A stretch of 64,000 nt of DNA. It comes from Elusimicrobiota bacterium. Lineage in GTDB: Bacteria > Elusimicrobiota > Elusimicrobia > UBA1565 > UBA9628. Position numbers and translations under genes: made by a program. Positions 1-9,962 of this stretch are shown here, piece by piece. Where the stretch lies: positions 3,374,437 through 3,438,436 of the forward strand of contig CP096137.1 of NCBI GenBank assembly GCA_023213235.1, in the 5' to 3' direction. The notes beneath the pieces were generated by a model. The model had not been told where the DNA came from, did not search any database, and saw only the letters and a program-made list of their open reading frames with translations. The first letter of the stretch is position 1; every line of letters begins with the position of its first letter.

Positions 1-2254
1 AGCACAGCTTCCCGCTCGAGCAGATGTTCAAGATGGTCCCGTCGAAATCCGCGAAGGACACTTTGATCCAGGCGCTCCTCGCGGCGCCGATGTTCCAATT
101 GCGCTGGCGCTGGAACCTCGGGCGCTCGCTCGTCGTGCCGCGCATGAAATCCGGCAAGAAGGTGCCGCCGCCCATCCAGCGCTTCCGCGCCGACGACATC
201 CTGACCGCGGTTTTCCCTCAACAGACCGCCTGCTTCGAGCACCGCCCGCCGGACCTCGAGCCGCCGGACCATCCGCTGATTCACCAGACGCTTCACGACT
301 GCCTGACGGAGGCGATGGACGTGGTGCGCTGGGAGGAGCTCCTGCGCGACATCGAATCCGGGAAGGTCGAGCTCGTGGCCAAGGACACGCGCGAGCCGTC
401 TCCCTTCTCGCACGAGATCCTCAACGCCAACCCTTACGCCTTCCTGGACGACGCCCCTCTGGAAGAGCGTCGCGCCCGCGCCGTCAACCTGCGCCGCACG
501 CTCTCGCCGGAGGACGCGAAGGACTTGGCCGCGCTCGACCCGGCGGCGATCGCCCAGGTCCGGGAAGAGGCCTGGCCCGTCGCGCGCGACGCCGACGAGC
601 TGCACGGGGCGCTGCTCTCGCTCGGCGCGCTGCCGGCCGAGGAAGGCGACCGCGCCTGGCGCGGCTGGTTCGACCGGCTCGCGGCCGACGGTCGCGCCGG
701 CCTGTGGCGCCGCCCCGGCAAGCCCGACCTGTGGGCCGCGGCCGAACGCTGGTCGCTCGTGACCGCCGCCTGCCCTGGAGGCGAAGGCGCGCCCGCGCCG
801 GCCCAGCCCGATTCCCTGCGCCGCGCGTACGAAGAAGCCGAGGCGATCTCCGGCCTCGTGCGCGGCCGCCTCGAGGTCGCCGGCCCCGTCGCGCCGGAAC
901 AGCTCGCGCGGGACCTCGGTCTCGAGGTCTCCGCGGTGAAGAGCGCCTTGGCCTCTCTCGAGGGCGAGGGCTTCGTCCTCGCCGGCGACTTCGCCGAGCC
1001 CGGCCAGTGGTGCGAACGCCGCCTGCTCGCGCGAATCCACCGACTCACGCTCGAGGGCGCGCGCAAGGCGGTCAAGCCCGTGCCTCCGGAGACGTACTGG
1101 CGCTTCCTCGCCGAGCACCATCACATCGCGCCCACGGAGCGCCGCGAGTCGCGCCTCGGTCTGCACGAGGCCGTCGGCCAGCTCCAGGGCTTCGAGATCG
1201 CGGCCTCCGCCTGGGAGGGCGACATTCTCCCTCGCGCGTCGCGAAGTACCAGCCGGAGTGGCTCGACACGATGTCCTTCTCCGGCGAGCTGGCCTGGGGC
1301 CGCCTGCGCCCGCCGCGAAAGGTCGACGAGGGCGAGCGCGCCGCCTCCTCGCTCACGCGCGCCGCGCCCATCGCCTTCGGCTTCCGCGACGACCTGTCCT
1401 GGCTCCTGCCGCCCGAGCGCCTGGCCTCCGAGCCCGAGGCGCTGGCCGGCCCCGACGCGCGCAAGGTCCTCGACGCGCTGAAGAGACAGGGCGCCCTGTT
1501 CTTCGACGACATCGCCGAGGTCGCGGGCCTCCTGCCCGAGCAGGTGAAGGACGCTTTGTCCGAGCTCGCCGCCCTCGGCGTCGTCACGTCGGACGGCTTC
1601 TCGGCCCTTCGCGGCCTCGTCCTCGCGCGCCCCGCGCCGGCCCGCCGCCGCGGCGGCCGCTGGGGCGCTCCGCGCGCAGGCCTGCGCGGCCGCTCCGGAC
1701 GCTGGACGACCTTCCCGGGACGCGTGCCGATGGGCAAGCCCGAGGACCGCACGCGCGAGTGGGCCTGGCAGCTGCTGCGCCGCTACGGCGTCATCTTCCG
1801 CGACCTGCTCACGCGCGAGTCCGCCGCGCCGTCGTGGTGGGAGCTCGTGCCGGCCTTGCGCCGTCTCGAGGCGCGCGGCGAGATCCGCGGTGGCCGCTTC
1901 GTGTCGGGAGTCGCCGGCGAGCAGTACGCTCTTCCGGAAGCGGTAGAAGCTCTCCGAAGGCCGCGTGACGGCGACGATTGGCTCGTCGTCTCGGCGTCGG
2001 ACCCGCTGAACCTGCGCGGCATCCTCGACAAGGACGCGCGTGTGCCCGCGGTGCGCGGGAACAGAATTCTCTATCGCAACGGGATCGCGATCGCCGCGTT
2101 CCAAGGAGGAGAATCGGTCTTCTCGCCCGATATCCCCGAGGCGATGAAACCGAAGGCCGCGCGAGCCCTGCAGCTGCAGATTCCGTCTCTGCGCGACGGC
2201 GTGCTCGTCGAGCTCGCGACCGCTGCCGGCGCTGGACGCGCTCCTAGCGCTTAG
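1..2254 (+). CDS. lhr: Lhr-family ATP-dependent helicase, C-terminal part (5' end outside window; one frameshift near 1240)
   Basis: ORFs 24-1481 and 704-2254 join. Motifs PSPFSHEILNANPYAFLDDAPLEERRARAV, QWCERRLLARIHR, RYGVIFRDLL and GGRFV..GEQYA are typical of the Lhr C-terminus. Confidence 0.8.
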   Translation, partial: AQLPARADVQDGPVEIREGHFDPGAPRGADVPIALALEPRALARRAAHEIRQEGAAAHPALPRRRHPDRGFPSTDRLLRAPPAGPRAAGPSADSPDASRLPDGGDGRGALGGAPARHRIREGRARGQGHARAVSLLARDPQRQPLRLPGRRPSGRASRPRRQPAPHALAGGREGLGRARPGGDRPGPGRGLARRARRRRAARGAALARRAAGRGRRPRLARLVRPARGRRSRRPVAPPRQARPVGRGRTLVARDRRLPWRRRRARAGPARFPAPRVRRSRGDLRPRARPPRGRRPRRAGTARAGPRSRGLRGEERLGLSRGRGLRPRRRLRRARPVVRTPPARANPPTHARGRAQGGQARASGDVLALPRRAPSHRAHGAPRVAPRSARGRRPAPGLRDRGLRLGGRHSPSRVAKYQPEWLDTMSFSGELAWGRLRPPRKVDEGERAASSLTRAAPIAFGFRDDLSWLLPPERLASEPEALAGPDARKVLDALKRQGALFFDDIAEVAGLLPEQVKDALSELAALGVVTSDGFSALRGLVLARPAPARRRGGRWGAPRAGLRGRSGRWTTFPGRVPMGKPEDRTREWAWQLLRRYGVIFRDLLTRESAAPSWWELVPALRRLEARGEIRGGRFVSGVAGEQYALPEAVEALRRPRDGDDWLVVSASDPLNLRGILDKDARVPAVRGNRILYRNGIAIAAFQGGESVFSPDIPEAMKPKAARALQLQIPSLRDGVLVELATAAGAGRAPSA

Positions 2255-3056
2255 ACGTCAGAGCGTCGCCCAAGGCGGGGACCGCGTTGGTGATCGCCAT
2301 CAGCGCGTCGGGGTGGGCGGCGATCCACATGATGGTCTGCGGATCGGCGACCATCTTCTGCATCACGGCGGGATCGCCGAGCGCTTCCTGGATCGCGGGG
2401 CAGTCGAGCATCTTGCGGACCATCGGGCTGCCGACCAGGGCGCGGGCGACCGCCGGGTCCTTCATCGCCGGCGAGGCGAGGAAGGCGCGGATCACGGCGG
2501 GGTTGCCGAGGACCGCCTTCGCGAAGGTCGGGCTGTTGAGCGCGATGCGCACGAGAGCGCTGTTCATGTAGGCGTCGACCTTCTTCGGGTCGGCGAGGAA
2601 GGCCTTCATGCTGCGCGCGCTGCCGAGCGCGGAGCGGCTCATGAAGAAGGCCGCGGGCTTGGCCGCCATCGCGGCGAAGAGCCTGTTGCCGCGGGCCCAG
2701 GTCTCGGCCCTCGCGCTGATGACCGTCATCGGCTTGGCCGGGGCGGAGGCGGCGGCGCCCGACGCGGAAACCGTCACGGGGATCTTGCGGGCCGAGCCGT
2801 AGGCCATGCCCTCGGTCGCGATCGGAGCGGTCAAGGACGAGGGCGCCGGCGGCGCCGCGGCGACGGCGTCGCGCAGGGCCTCGCCGGAGGCGAAATTGGC
2901 GGAGCGAACGGGCTCGGGGCCCTCCTGGAGATTGAAGCCGGCCGCGGCGTCCCCGGTGACGAAGACGTCGGTCGGACGGGACAGGACGGTCCAGGCGACG
3001 AAGCCGCCGGCCCCCATGAGGCCCGCCAGGCTGACGGCGACGTAAGTCCCTCTCAC
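2244..3056 (-). CDS. Membrane-anchored hypothetical protein with STI1/DP-like helical repeats
   Basis: N-terminal hydrophobic helix, Ala/Pro linker, then repeated FLADP/LNSP/LGNP/MKDP/LGDP/VADP units. Confidence 0.65.
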   Translation of the reverse strand: MRGTYVAVSLAGLMGAGGFVAWTVLSRPTDVFVTGDAAAGFNLQEGPEPVRSANFASGEALRDAVAAAPPAPSSLTAPIATEGMAYGSARKIPVTVSASGAAASAPAKPMTVISARAETWARGNRLFAAMAAKPAAFFMSRSALGSARSMKAFLADPKKVDAYMNSALVRIALNSPTFAKAVLGNPAVIRAFLASPAMKDPAVARALVGSPMVRKMLDCPAIQEALGDPAVMQKMVADPQTIMWIAAHPDALMAITNAVPALGDALTSKR

Positions 3057-3109
3057 GTCTATAGGGTAGAGAGTCCTGAAAGCTCGGTCATGGGTCCAAG
3101 GTCCTACCC

Positions 3110-3138
3110 TTGACAGGTCCAGGCTTTGGCGTTATATT
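3110..3138 (+). promoter_or_regulatory. Sigma70-type promoter of the amidase gene
   Basis: TTGACA (3110-3115), 17 nt, TATATT (3133-3138). Confidence 0.6.
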
Positions 3139-3166
3139 TAAGGTAACGGGGACGTAACCCGTTTAT

Positions 3167-3901
3167 ATGAGACTTTTGAACGCGCGGTCCCTCTTTGTCC
3201 CGGCTTTCCTCGGCTTGGCCGTTTCCGCGGGCGCGATGCGCCCCGGGGCGTCCCTGCCCTCCGAGCCCGGCCGCCCGTCGACGCCCATCGTCATCGACCC
3301 CGGCCACGGCGGCGACGACGAGGGCGCGATCGTGCGCGGGATTCAGGAGAAGGACCTCGCCCTGATCTTCGCGAAGAAGCTCAAAGCCCGCCTCATGCGC
3401 GACCCCGAGCAGGCCGTGATCCTCACGCGCGAGGACGACCGCTACGTGCGCCTCGACGAGCGTCTCGTCGACAGCGTCGACGCCTCCGGCTCGATCTTCG
3501 TCTCGCTGCACTTGAACCAGGTGAAAGGCAAGAAAGCCGCGGGCGCCATCGTCTACAGCTACGGCCCGGAAAAGCTTCGCGCCTGGCGCAAGAAGCGCCA
3601 CCCGAGCGTGGCGCCCATGCCGGCTCCGCCGAAGGTGCAGTCCGGAGCGAGCGCCAACCTGGCCTACGCGCTGTCGAAGGGCCTGCGCGCCGACGGCTTC
3701 CGCGCCGAGGCATCGAAGTCCGACTACTACGTGCTGAAGAATCCCGCATCGCCGAGCGTGCTCATCGAGCTCGGCTATCTGAACAACCCCGACGAGGCCG
3801 CCAAGCTCGTCGACCCCGCCTACCAGGACCGCATGGTCGAGAGCCTCGCCAGGTCTCTCGAGCAGTTCGCGGCCACGCGCGGCGTCGTGTCCAAGCTGTA
3901 G
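3167..3901 (+). CDS. N-acetylmuramoyl-L-alanine amidase (Amidase_3)
   Basis: Signal peptide; IVIDPGHGG..EK, FVSLHLN, VLIELGYLNN motifs. Confidence 0.85.
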   Translation: MRLLNARSLFVPAFLGLAVSAGAMRPGASLPSEPGRPSTPIVIDPGHGGDDEGAIVRGIQEKDLALIFAKKLKARLMRDPEQAVILTREDDRYVRLDERLVDSVDASGSIFVSLHLNQVKGKKAAGAIVYSYGPEKLRAWRKKRHPSVAPMPAPPKVQSGASANLAYALSKGLRADGFRAEASKSDYYVLKNPASPSVLIELGYLNNPDEAAKLVDPAYQDRMVESLARSLEQFAATRGVVSKL

Positions 3902-3903
3902 GG

Positions 3904-4404
3904 ATGCGAGCGCTCGTCGTCGTCACCGGCGGCACCTTCGACAAGGAATACGACGAGCTCACGGGCACGCTCTCGTTCCGCGAGACGCACCTGCCCGAGA
4001 TGCTGGCCCTCGGCCGCTCGCGCCTGAAGACGCGCGTGCAGGTGCTCATGATGAAGGACAGCCTGCTCATGACCGCCGCCGACCGCAAGAAGATCCTCTC
4101 CGCCTGCCGCCGCGCCCCCGAGACGCGCATCGTGATCACGCACGGCACCGACACCATGGCCGAAACGGCCGCCGTCCTCGGCAAGGCGCTGTCGGGCAAG
4201 ACCGTCGTGCTGACGGGCGCGATGCGCCCTTACCGCTTCGGCTCCTCCGACGGCCTGTTCAACCTCGGATCCGCGCTTTCCTTCGCCCAGGCCCTGCCTC
4301 CCGGCGTGTATGTCGCGATGAACGGGCTCGTCTTCTCATGGGACGACGTGCGCAAGGACCGCCGCCGCGGCGTGTTCTCCAGACGCCGAAAGACCCAGGC
4401 TTAA
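3904..4404 (+). CDS. Short single-domain L-asparaginase
   Basis: VTGGTFDK and ITHGTDTM catalytic Thr motifs; VVLTGAMRP; 166 aa. Confidence 0.85.
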   Translation: MRALVVVTGGTFDKEYDELTGTLSFRETHLPEMLALGRSRLKTRVQVLMMKDSLLMTAADRKKILSACRRAPETRIVITHGTDTMAETAAVLGKALSGKTVVLTGAMRPYRFGSSDGLFNLGSALSFAQALPPGVYVAMNGLVFSWDDVRKDRRRGVFSRRRKTQA

Positions 4405-4432
4405 CTCGGGCCGCTCGGGGTATAATATCGAC

Positions 4433-5086
4433 ATGAGACAGCTGATCCTCCTCGGCCTGCTGGCCGCCGCCGCTCCCGCCCTCGCCGCTTCTCCCGTCCG
4501 TCTGACCGGCGGCGCGAAGGCCGAGGACAAGCTGCGCCGCTTCATCGAGCAGGACGCGGCCCTCAAGGCCCGCCTCGACGAGGCCGCCCGCCGCGAGGAG
4601 GCGTACGTCGCCGAGGCCCGCGAGTCCGACCTGCGCGACGCCGTGTCCGACTTCTCCGGCGAGAGCCTGCGCTCCGCCCTCGAGAAGACCTCCGCCGAGA
4701 AGCGCAAGGACCTCGTCTCCGGCCTGCCCGGCATGGCCTCCGCGCCCAAGCTCTCCGCTCCTTGCCGCTCGGTCGACGACTGCGCCAACCCCGAGCTCGC
4801 GCTCGACGTCGCCGACTCCCGCGCGCTGGCCGAGTCGGTGCGCCGCCTCGTGCGCCCGTGGATGGTGCTCCAGCAGGCGCGCGGCTCCGAGGCCGTCGTC
4901 TCCGCCGTCGACGGACCGGGCGACGCCGCGATCGCGGTCAAGCTCAAGGACCTCGACGCCCAGCCCCTGATCCTCAACGTGTCGCCGCGCCTGCTCGGCG
5001 GCTTCAAGGTCTGGTTCGAGCGCCCTCTCGTGCTGGCCGCGCTGTACGGCCGCGAGCGCGAAGCCGTCCTGCGCTCCTCGCGCTAA
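4433..5086 (+). CDS. Secreted hypothetical protein
   Basis: Signal peptide MRQLILLGLLAAAAPALA; TATAAT 6 nt before the ATG; host-like codon usage. Confidence 0.65.
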   Translation: MRQLILLGLLAAAAPALAASPVRLTGGAKAEDKLRRFIEQDAALKARLDEAARREEAYVAEARESDLRDAVSDFSGESLRSALEKTSAEKRKDLVSGLPGMASAPKLSAPCRSVDDCANPELALDVADSRALAESVRRLVRPWMVLQQARGSEAVVSAVDGPGDAAIAVKLKDLDAQPLILNVSPRLLGGFKVWFERPLVLAALYGREREAVLRSSR

Positions 5087-6137
5087 AGCAGCCTCATCTG
5101 CCCGCCGGTCAGCGGGCGCCTGAACGCCCCCGTGTCCATTCCCTGCAGCCGCGCGCGGTTGAGGCCCAGCCGCTTGCACGTGAGTTGGAACAGCTTCGAC
5201 AGGTGCTGAGCGAAGACCCCCTCCCCGTCATGCGCGTGCCGAACCGCGGGTCGTTGGCCTTCCCGCCGCGGATCGACGCGATCTGGTTCATCACCTTCGC
5301 GCGGCGGTCGGGGTAGTTGCGTTCGAGCCACTCGGTGAACAACGGGCCGAGCTGGTGCGGCAGGCGCAGCGGCACGTACCCCGCGCTGACGGCGCCCGCG
5401 TCCGCCGCGGCCTCGAGGAGCTTCGGCATCTCGTGGTCGTTGAGGCCCAGGATCATCGGCGCGGTCATCACGCCGACGGGGATGCCGGCCTTGGCCAACG
5501 TCCGCATCGCGTCGAGGCGGTTCTGCGGCGTCGAGGCGCGCGGCTCCATGCGGCGCGCCAGCTCGGGGTCGAGCGTCGTCAGCGAGAAGTACACGCGAAT
5601 CGCCGAGAAGCGCGCGAGCTCCTGGAACACGTCGACGTCGCGCACGGCGAGCGCGTTCTTCGTCACGAACCCGCATGGGTTGCGCGCGTCGGCGAGCACC
5701 TGCAGGACGCGGCGCGTGAGCAGGGTCTTGCGCTCGACGGGCTGGTAGCAGTCGGTCACGCCGCCGAGGGCGATCGTGTCCGGAACCCACGAAGGTTTCG
5801 CCAGCTCCGCGGCGAGAAGCTCGGGCGCGTCCTCCTTCACGAAGATCATGCTCTCGAAGTCCAGGCCCGAGGACAGGCCGAGGTACTCGTGATACGGCCG
5901 CGCGTAGCAGTAGATGCAGCCGTGCTCGCAGCCGCGGTACGGGTTCACGCTCCACGTGAAGGAGATGTCCGGGCTGTCGTTCTTGACCAGCACGGACTTC
6001 GTCGCGTCCTTGAAGAACTTGGTCTTCGGCGCGGGTTTCTCCGACGGGTCGGCGCTCTCCTCCCACTCGTAGGCGAGTTCGACGAAACGGTTGGCGGGAT
6101 TGAGCGCGGTTCCCCTTCCGCGCGGCGCGTCGGACAT
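5083..6137 (-). CDS. PA0069/spore photoproduct lyase-like radical SAM protein (frameshift near 5220)
   Basis: SVNPYRGCEHGCIYCYAR (CxxxCxxC), VTDCYQP, RMEPRAS. The C-terminus continues in the 5083 frame (GEGVFAQHLSKLF...GQMRLL). Confidence 0.85.
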
Positions 6138-6143
6138 GGAGAC

Positions 6144-6172
6144 AGTATATTCGAACGTCTGTTCGATTTCAA
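6144..6172 (-). promoter_or_regulatory. Sigma70 promoter with a LexA (Cheo-type) box in the spacer
   Basis: Minus strand TTGAAA (6172-6167), 17 nt, TATACT (6149-6144), 6 nt, ATG. CGAAC-GTCT-GTTCG at 6152-6165. Confidence 0.7.
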
Positions 6173-6183
6173 GACCCGGGCGA

Positions 6184-6213
6184 TTTGACGGTTTTTTGAC
6201 GGCCGTTTGACGG
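6184..6213 (+). repeat. Three TTTGACGG direct repeats with 11-bp period
   Basis: Copies start at 6184, 6195 and 6206. Confidence 0.75.
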
Positions 6214-6244
6214 GGAGTTGGACGAGCGCGTCTATACTGATCGC

Positions 6245-6453
6245 ATGAAAACCTCGATTCGCCGCACCCGCGTCAAAGCCCCGAAAGCCGTCTGGTGTCC
6301 CGACGCCCGGCCCGCACTCGACCGGCGGCTTCCCCGCTCTCGTACTCCGGCTCGGGCCGCGCCAGCGCCGGGACGATGATCCTCGCGTTCGTGTTCGCCG
6401 TCGTCGCGGCCGCGATGATCGCGGCGCCGATCGTTCGCGCCGCCGCCAGATAG
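6245..6453 (+). CDS. Possible small single-pass membrane protein (needs one frameshift)
   Basis: TATACT 6 nt before ATG 6245. A hydrophobic tail MILAFVFAVVAAAMIAAPIVRAAAR ends at TAG 6453 in a shifted frame. Confidence 0.35.
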
Positions 6454-6491
6454 GGGTTGATGCCGGGCCGTTCGGGGGTTATCCTTCGGGC

Positions 6492-7330
6492 GTGACCCCT
6501 CTCCTCCCCTGCTCGCCCTGCTCGTCCTTCCGGCCGCCGCGAAGCCGCCCTCCTGCACGGACGGGATCAAGGCCCCGAACGGCGTCTTCTGCGACAGCGT
6601 CGACGAGTGCGTGACCTTCTGCTCGTGCGCGTGCACCTTCAACCCGAAGCAATGGTATCCCCGCAAGGAAGACGACAAGTCGGTGGCCTGCACCGGCCTG
6701 CCCGACACCGGCTTCGGGATGCTGCCGCGCGACTCCTCCGACCTCGTGGCGGTGTCGACCTCGATTCCCCACGTGCGCGTGCCGCGCGGCATCCGCGCGA
6801 TCCAGGCGGCGGCCGACGGACTCGTCGCTCTCGGCACCGCGCTCGAGGCCATGCCCAAGCGGCGCGAGCTCTCATTCTCCGCGCGCGTCGGCTCCTGCTA
6901 CCGCCACCACTCGACGGACTCCAAGGACGAGTGCGGCTACGTGCTGAAGGGCAATTACATGATCTCGAAGTCGACCACGCCGGAGAAGCAGGCGTACTGG
7001 CGCGAGAAGGCCAACCCGATGAACCTCGGCCTCGCCTGGCCCGGACGCACGCCGCACAGCGGCGGCTACGCCTGCGACGTGATCCTCGTCGACAGGGACG
7101 GGCGGGACTGCTTCGATTGGCGCGCGGGCGTGCCGGATGCGCCGCGCTGCTCGATCGACGCGAAAGCCGCCGTGGAACTCCTCAACGAGGCGATGACGAC
7201 GGCGGGAGCGCTGCGCCTCACCTACGAGGCCTGGCACTACGAGTGGGGTCCGGGCGCCTCCGGCTGCAGCCACCCCGACTGCGCGAAGCACGGCTGGCCC
7301 ATCACCGGCAAGCCCGGCAACAAGCCCTGA
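6492..7330 (+). CDS. Secreted Cys-rich M15-family (VanX/VanY-like) Zn peptidase (frameshift in the C-run near 6505)
   Basis: GTG 6492 plus signal peptide LLALLVLPAAA; H-x6-D (HSGGYACD) and ExWH (EAWHY) zinc motifs. Confidence 0.6.
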
Positions 7331-7331
7331 C

Positions 7332-9104
7332 CTAGGCGGTCAGCCTTTTGACTTCCTCTTCCTTCGCCTGCAGGGCGGCCTGCACGGTCTCCATCTCCTC
7401 GCCGACCTTGGTCACGCGGTCGAAGTCCTCGTAGAGCTTGGGATCCGACATCTCATTGGCGATGCGCTCCATGTCGGCGTGAAGCCGCTCGAGCTCGGCC
7501 TGCGCCTTCTCGAGGGCCTTCGCCTTTCGGCGCGCGTCCTTGGACGCCTCGTAGGCGTTGTCGGCCGCGCTCTCGGGGCGCGCGTCCGTCGGGGCCGCTT
7601 TCGCAGGCCCGCCGTTCTCCGCCTCCAACTGGGCCATGCGGTGCTGGAAGTACTCGAAGTTGCCCGGGTAGACCGTGATCTTGCCCTGCACGACGTGGAC
7701 GACATGGTCGGCGACCGCGTTCAAGAAGTACACGTCGTGCGAGATCGCGCAGATCGTGCCCTCGAAGGACTTCAAGGCGTCGACGAGCGCCTCGACGCTG
7801 GTGAGGTCCAAGTGGGTGGTGGGCTCGTCGAGGAGCAGGACGTTCGGCGGATCCAGGAGCAGCTTGGCCAGCTGCAGGCGGCTCTTCTCTCCGCCCGAGA
7901 GGACCTCGACCTTCTTGTGCACCGAGTCGCCGGGGAACAGGAAGGTGCCGAGCACCGTGCGCGTGAACAGGTCGCCGTTGAGGCGGCCGACGCTGGTCGC
8001 CTCCTGCAGGACGGTGCGGCGCGGATCGAGCTGGCCCTCGCGATGCTGGGAGAAGTAGCCGACCTTCACGTTGTGGCCGAGCACGCGCTCGCCGGAGTCG
8101 ATCGGGATGATGTCGCCGAGGACTTTGAGAAGGGTCGACTTTCCCGCCCCGTTCGGTCCGACGAAGGCCATCTTCTGGCCGCGCTCGAGCTCGAAGTTGA
8201 GCCCGTCGTAGACGACGTTCGAGCCGTAGGCCTTGTGCACGTTTTTGAGGCGCAGCACCGAGGTGCCGGTGCGCCCGGGCTGAGGGAAGGTGATGCTGAC
8301 CGACTTCAGCGACGGCGGCAGCTCGATGCGCTCGATCTTGTCGAGCTTCTTCATGACACTCTGCACGCGCGACGCGGTGGAGACCCGCGCGCGGTTGCGC
8401 ATGATGAAGTCCTCCATCGCCGCGATCTCGTCCTGCTGCTGCTTGTACGCGGACATCACGCGGTCGCGCGCGGCCTCGCGCTCGGCGAGGAAGCCCTCGT
8501 AGTTCGTGTTGTACTTCTTGAGCCGCTTGTCCTCGACGGCCACGATCGCCGAGCACACCTCGTCGATGAAGCCGCGGTCGTGCGAGATCATCAGGATCGC
8601 GCCGGGGTAGGACTGGAGATATTCCTGAAACCAGACGAGCGTCAGCAGGTCGAGGTGGTTCGTGGGCTCGTCGAGCAGGAGCAGCTGCGGCTCCTCGACG
8701 AGCAGGCGCGCGAGCGCGCCGCGCATCGCCCAGCCGCCCGAGAGCTCGGAGATCGGCTTGTCGAAGTCCGCGACCTTGAAGCCGAGGCCCATGAGGATTT
8801 TCTTGGCTTTGGCCGTCTCGCGGCCGTCGGGGTCGGAGCGGTGGGCAAGCGCCGTCTCGAGGACGGTCTCCTCGCCGATCGGAGGGTTCTCCTGGGGCAG
8901 GTAGCCGGCCTTGGCGCCGCGCTTCCACTCGATCGAGCCGCCGTCGGGCTCTTCCTCGCCGAGCAGCATCTTGAAGAGCGTCGACTTGCCGGCGCCGTTC
9001 GGACCCACCAAGGCGAAGCGGTCCCCCGCGTTGAGCTGGAGGTCAGCCCCGTCGTAGAGGACCTGGTCGCCGAACGACTTCTTGATGCCGCGGACGGAAA
9101 TCAC
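7332..9104 (-). CDS. ABC-F family ATP-binding protein
   Basis: Two ABC cassettes (GPNGAGKST, LSGGW/LSGGE, LLLDEPTNHLD), an interdomain linker and a C-terminal coiled coil; no transmembrane segments. Confidence 0.92.
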   Translation of the reverse strand: MISVRGIKKSFGDQVLYDGADLQLNAGDRFALVGPNGAGKSTLFKMLLGEEEPDGGSIEWKRGAKAGYLPQENPPIGEETVLETALAHRSDPDGRETAKAKKILMGLGFKVADFDKPISELSGGWAMRGALARLLVEEPQLLLLDEPTNHLDLLTLVWFQEYLQSYPGAILMISHDRGFIDEVCSAIVAVEDKRLKKYNTNYEGFLAEREAARDRVMSAYKQQQDEIAAMEDFIMRNRARVSTASRVQSVMKKLDKIERIELPPSLKSVSITFPQPGRTGTSVLRLKNVHKAYGSNVVYDGLNFELERGQKMAFVGPNGAGKSTLLKVLGDIIPIDSGERVLGHNVKVGYFSQHREGQLDPRRTVLQEATSVGRLNGDLFTRTVLGTFLFPGDSVHKKVEVLSGGEKSRLQLAKLLLDPPNVLLLDEPTTHLDLTSVEALVDALKSFEGTICAISHDVYFLNAVADHVVHVVQGKITVYPGNFEYFQHRMAQLEAENGGPAKAAPTDARPESAADNAYEASKDARRKAKALEKAQAELERLHADMERIANEMSDPKLYEDFDRVTKVGEEMETVQAALQAKEEEVKRLTA

Positions 9105-9138
9105 GGGTACATTCTACCAATTGAGGTCGGTGCCCGAC

Positions 9139-9962
9139 GGTGTCAGGTTTTGCAATTCTCCAATTCCGTGGAACTTTTGGCCACTCTCAGTCGTATGTAT
9201 AGTAATGGGAAGAAAACCGAGGATTCATTTCGACGGAGCCATGTTTCATTGTTGGGCGCGCGGAGTCGATCGGAGAACGATTTACGTCGATGACTCCGAC
9301 TATTCGGGATTTATGGACTGCTTGGAGGGAGTGCTGCGCGCGGCAGATGCGAAACTAATCGCTTATTGCCTGATGCCGAATCACTTCCATCTGCTCATTC
9401 AGGTAGGACGAATTCCGCTTTCGTCGATCATGCAGAGAACGTTAACGACCTATGCCGCCCGATTCAATAAGCGTCATGGGAGGGTCGGCCATTTATTCCA
9501 AGAACGGTTTCGAGAGAAGTTGTGCTGCGACAACGTCTACTTGGCCAACATCATCCCGTATATTCACAGGAACCCGGTCCGCGCATCACTAGTCGCTTCA
9601 CCCGATCAATGGAAATGGTCCAGTCAGAGCCGATTTCCTGTTGATTCGATGGACTTGACCGGATTCGATCCCTGGGAAGGATCAGTGGACAGCCCTCTTG
9701 ATCTAACTCGTCGTGAGGAAATGGAACGGGCATCACTCCAAAGCGTCGTCGAAGCCGTCTCAATGGAGACTTCCGTCGACCACGCGCTTATCCGATCGGG
9801 CTGTAAAATCGCTGAGGCAGTTTCAGCGCGGAGAATTGCGGCCGTCAGGATGTTCGAGGCGGGATACTCGGCTTCCGACATCGCCCGGTTTCTACGAATT
9901 GCGATCAGCTCAGCCTGTCGGTTTAGGCCGGGAAGAATTGCAAAATTGCAAAGCCTGACACC
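9139..9962 (+). mobile_element. RAYT element 1 bounded by inverted repeats
   Basis: GGTGTCAGGTTTTGCAATT (9139-9157) and its inverse AATTGCAAAGCCTGACACC (9944-9962), 18/19 match; lower GC than flanks. Confidence 0.75.
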
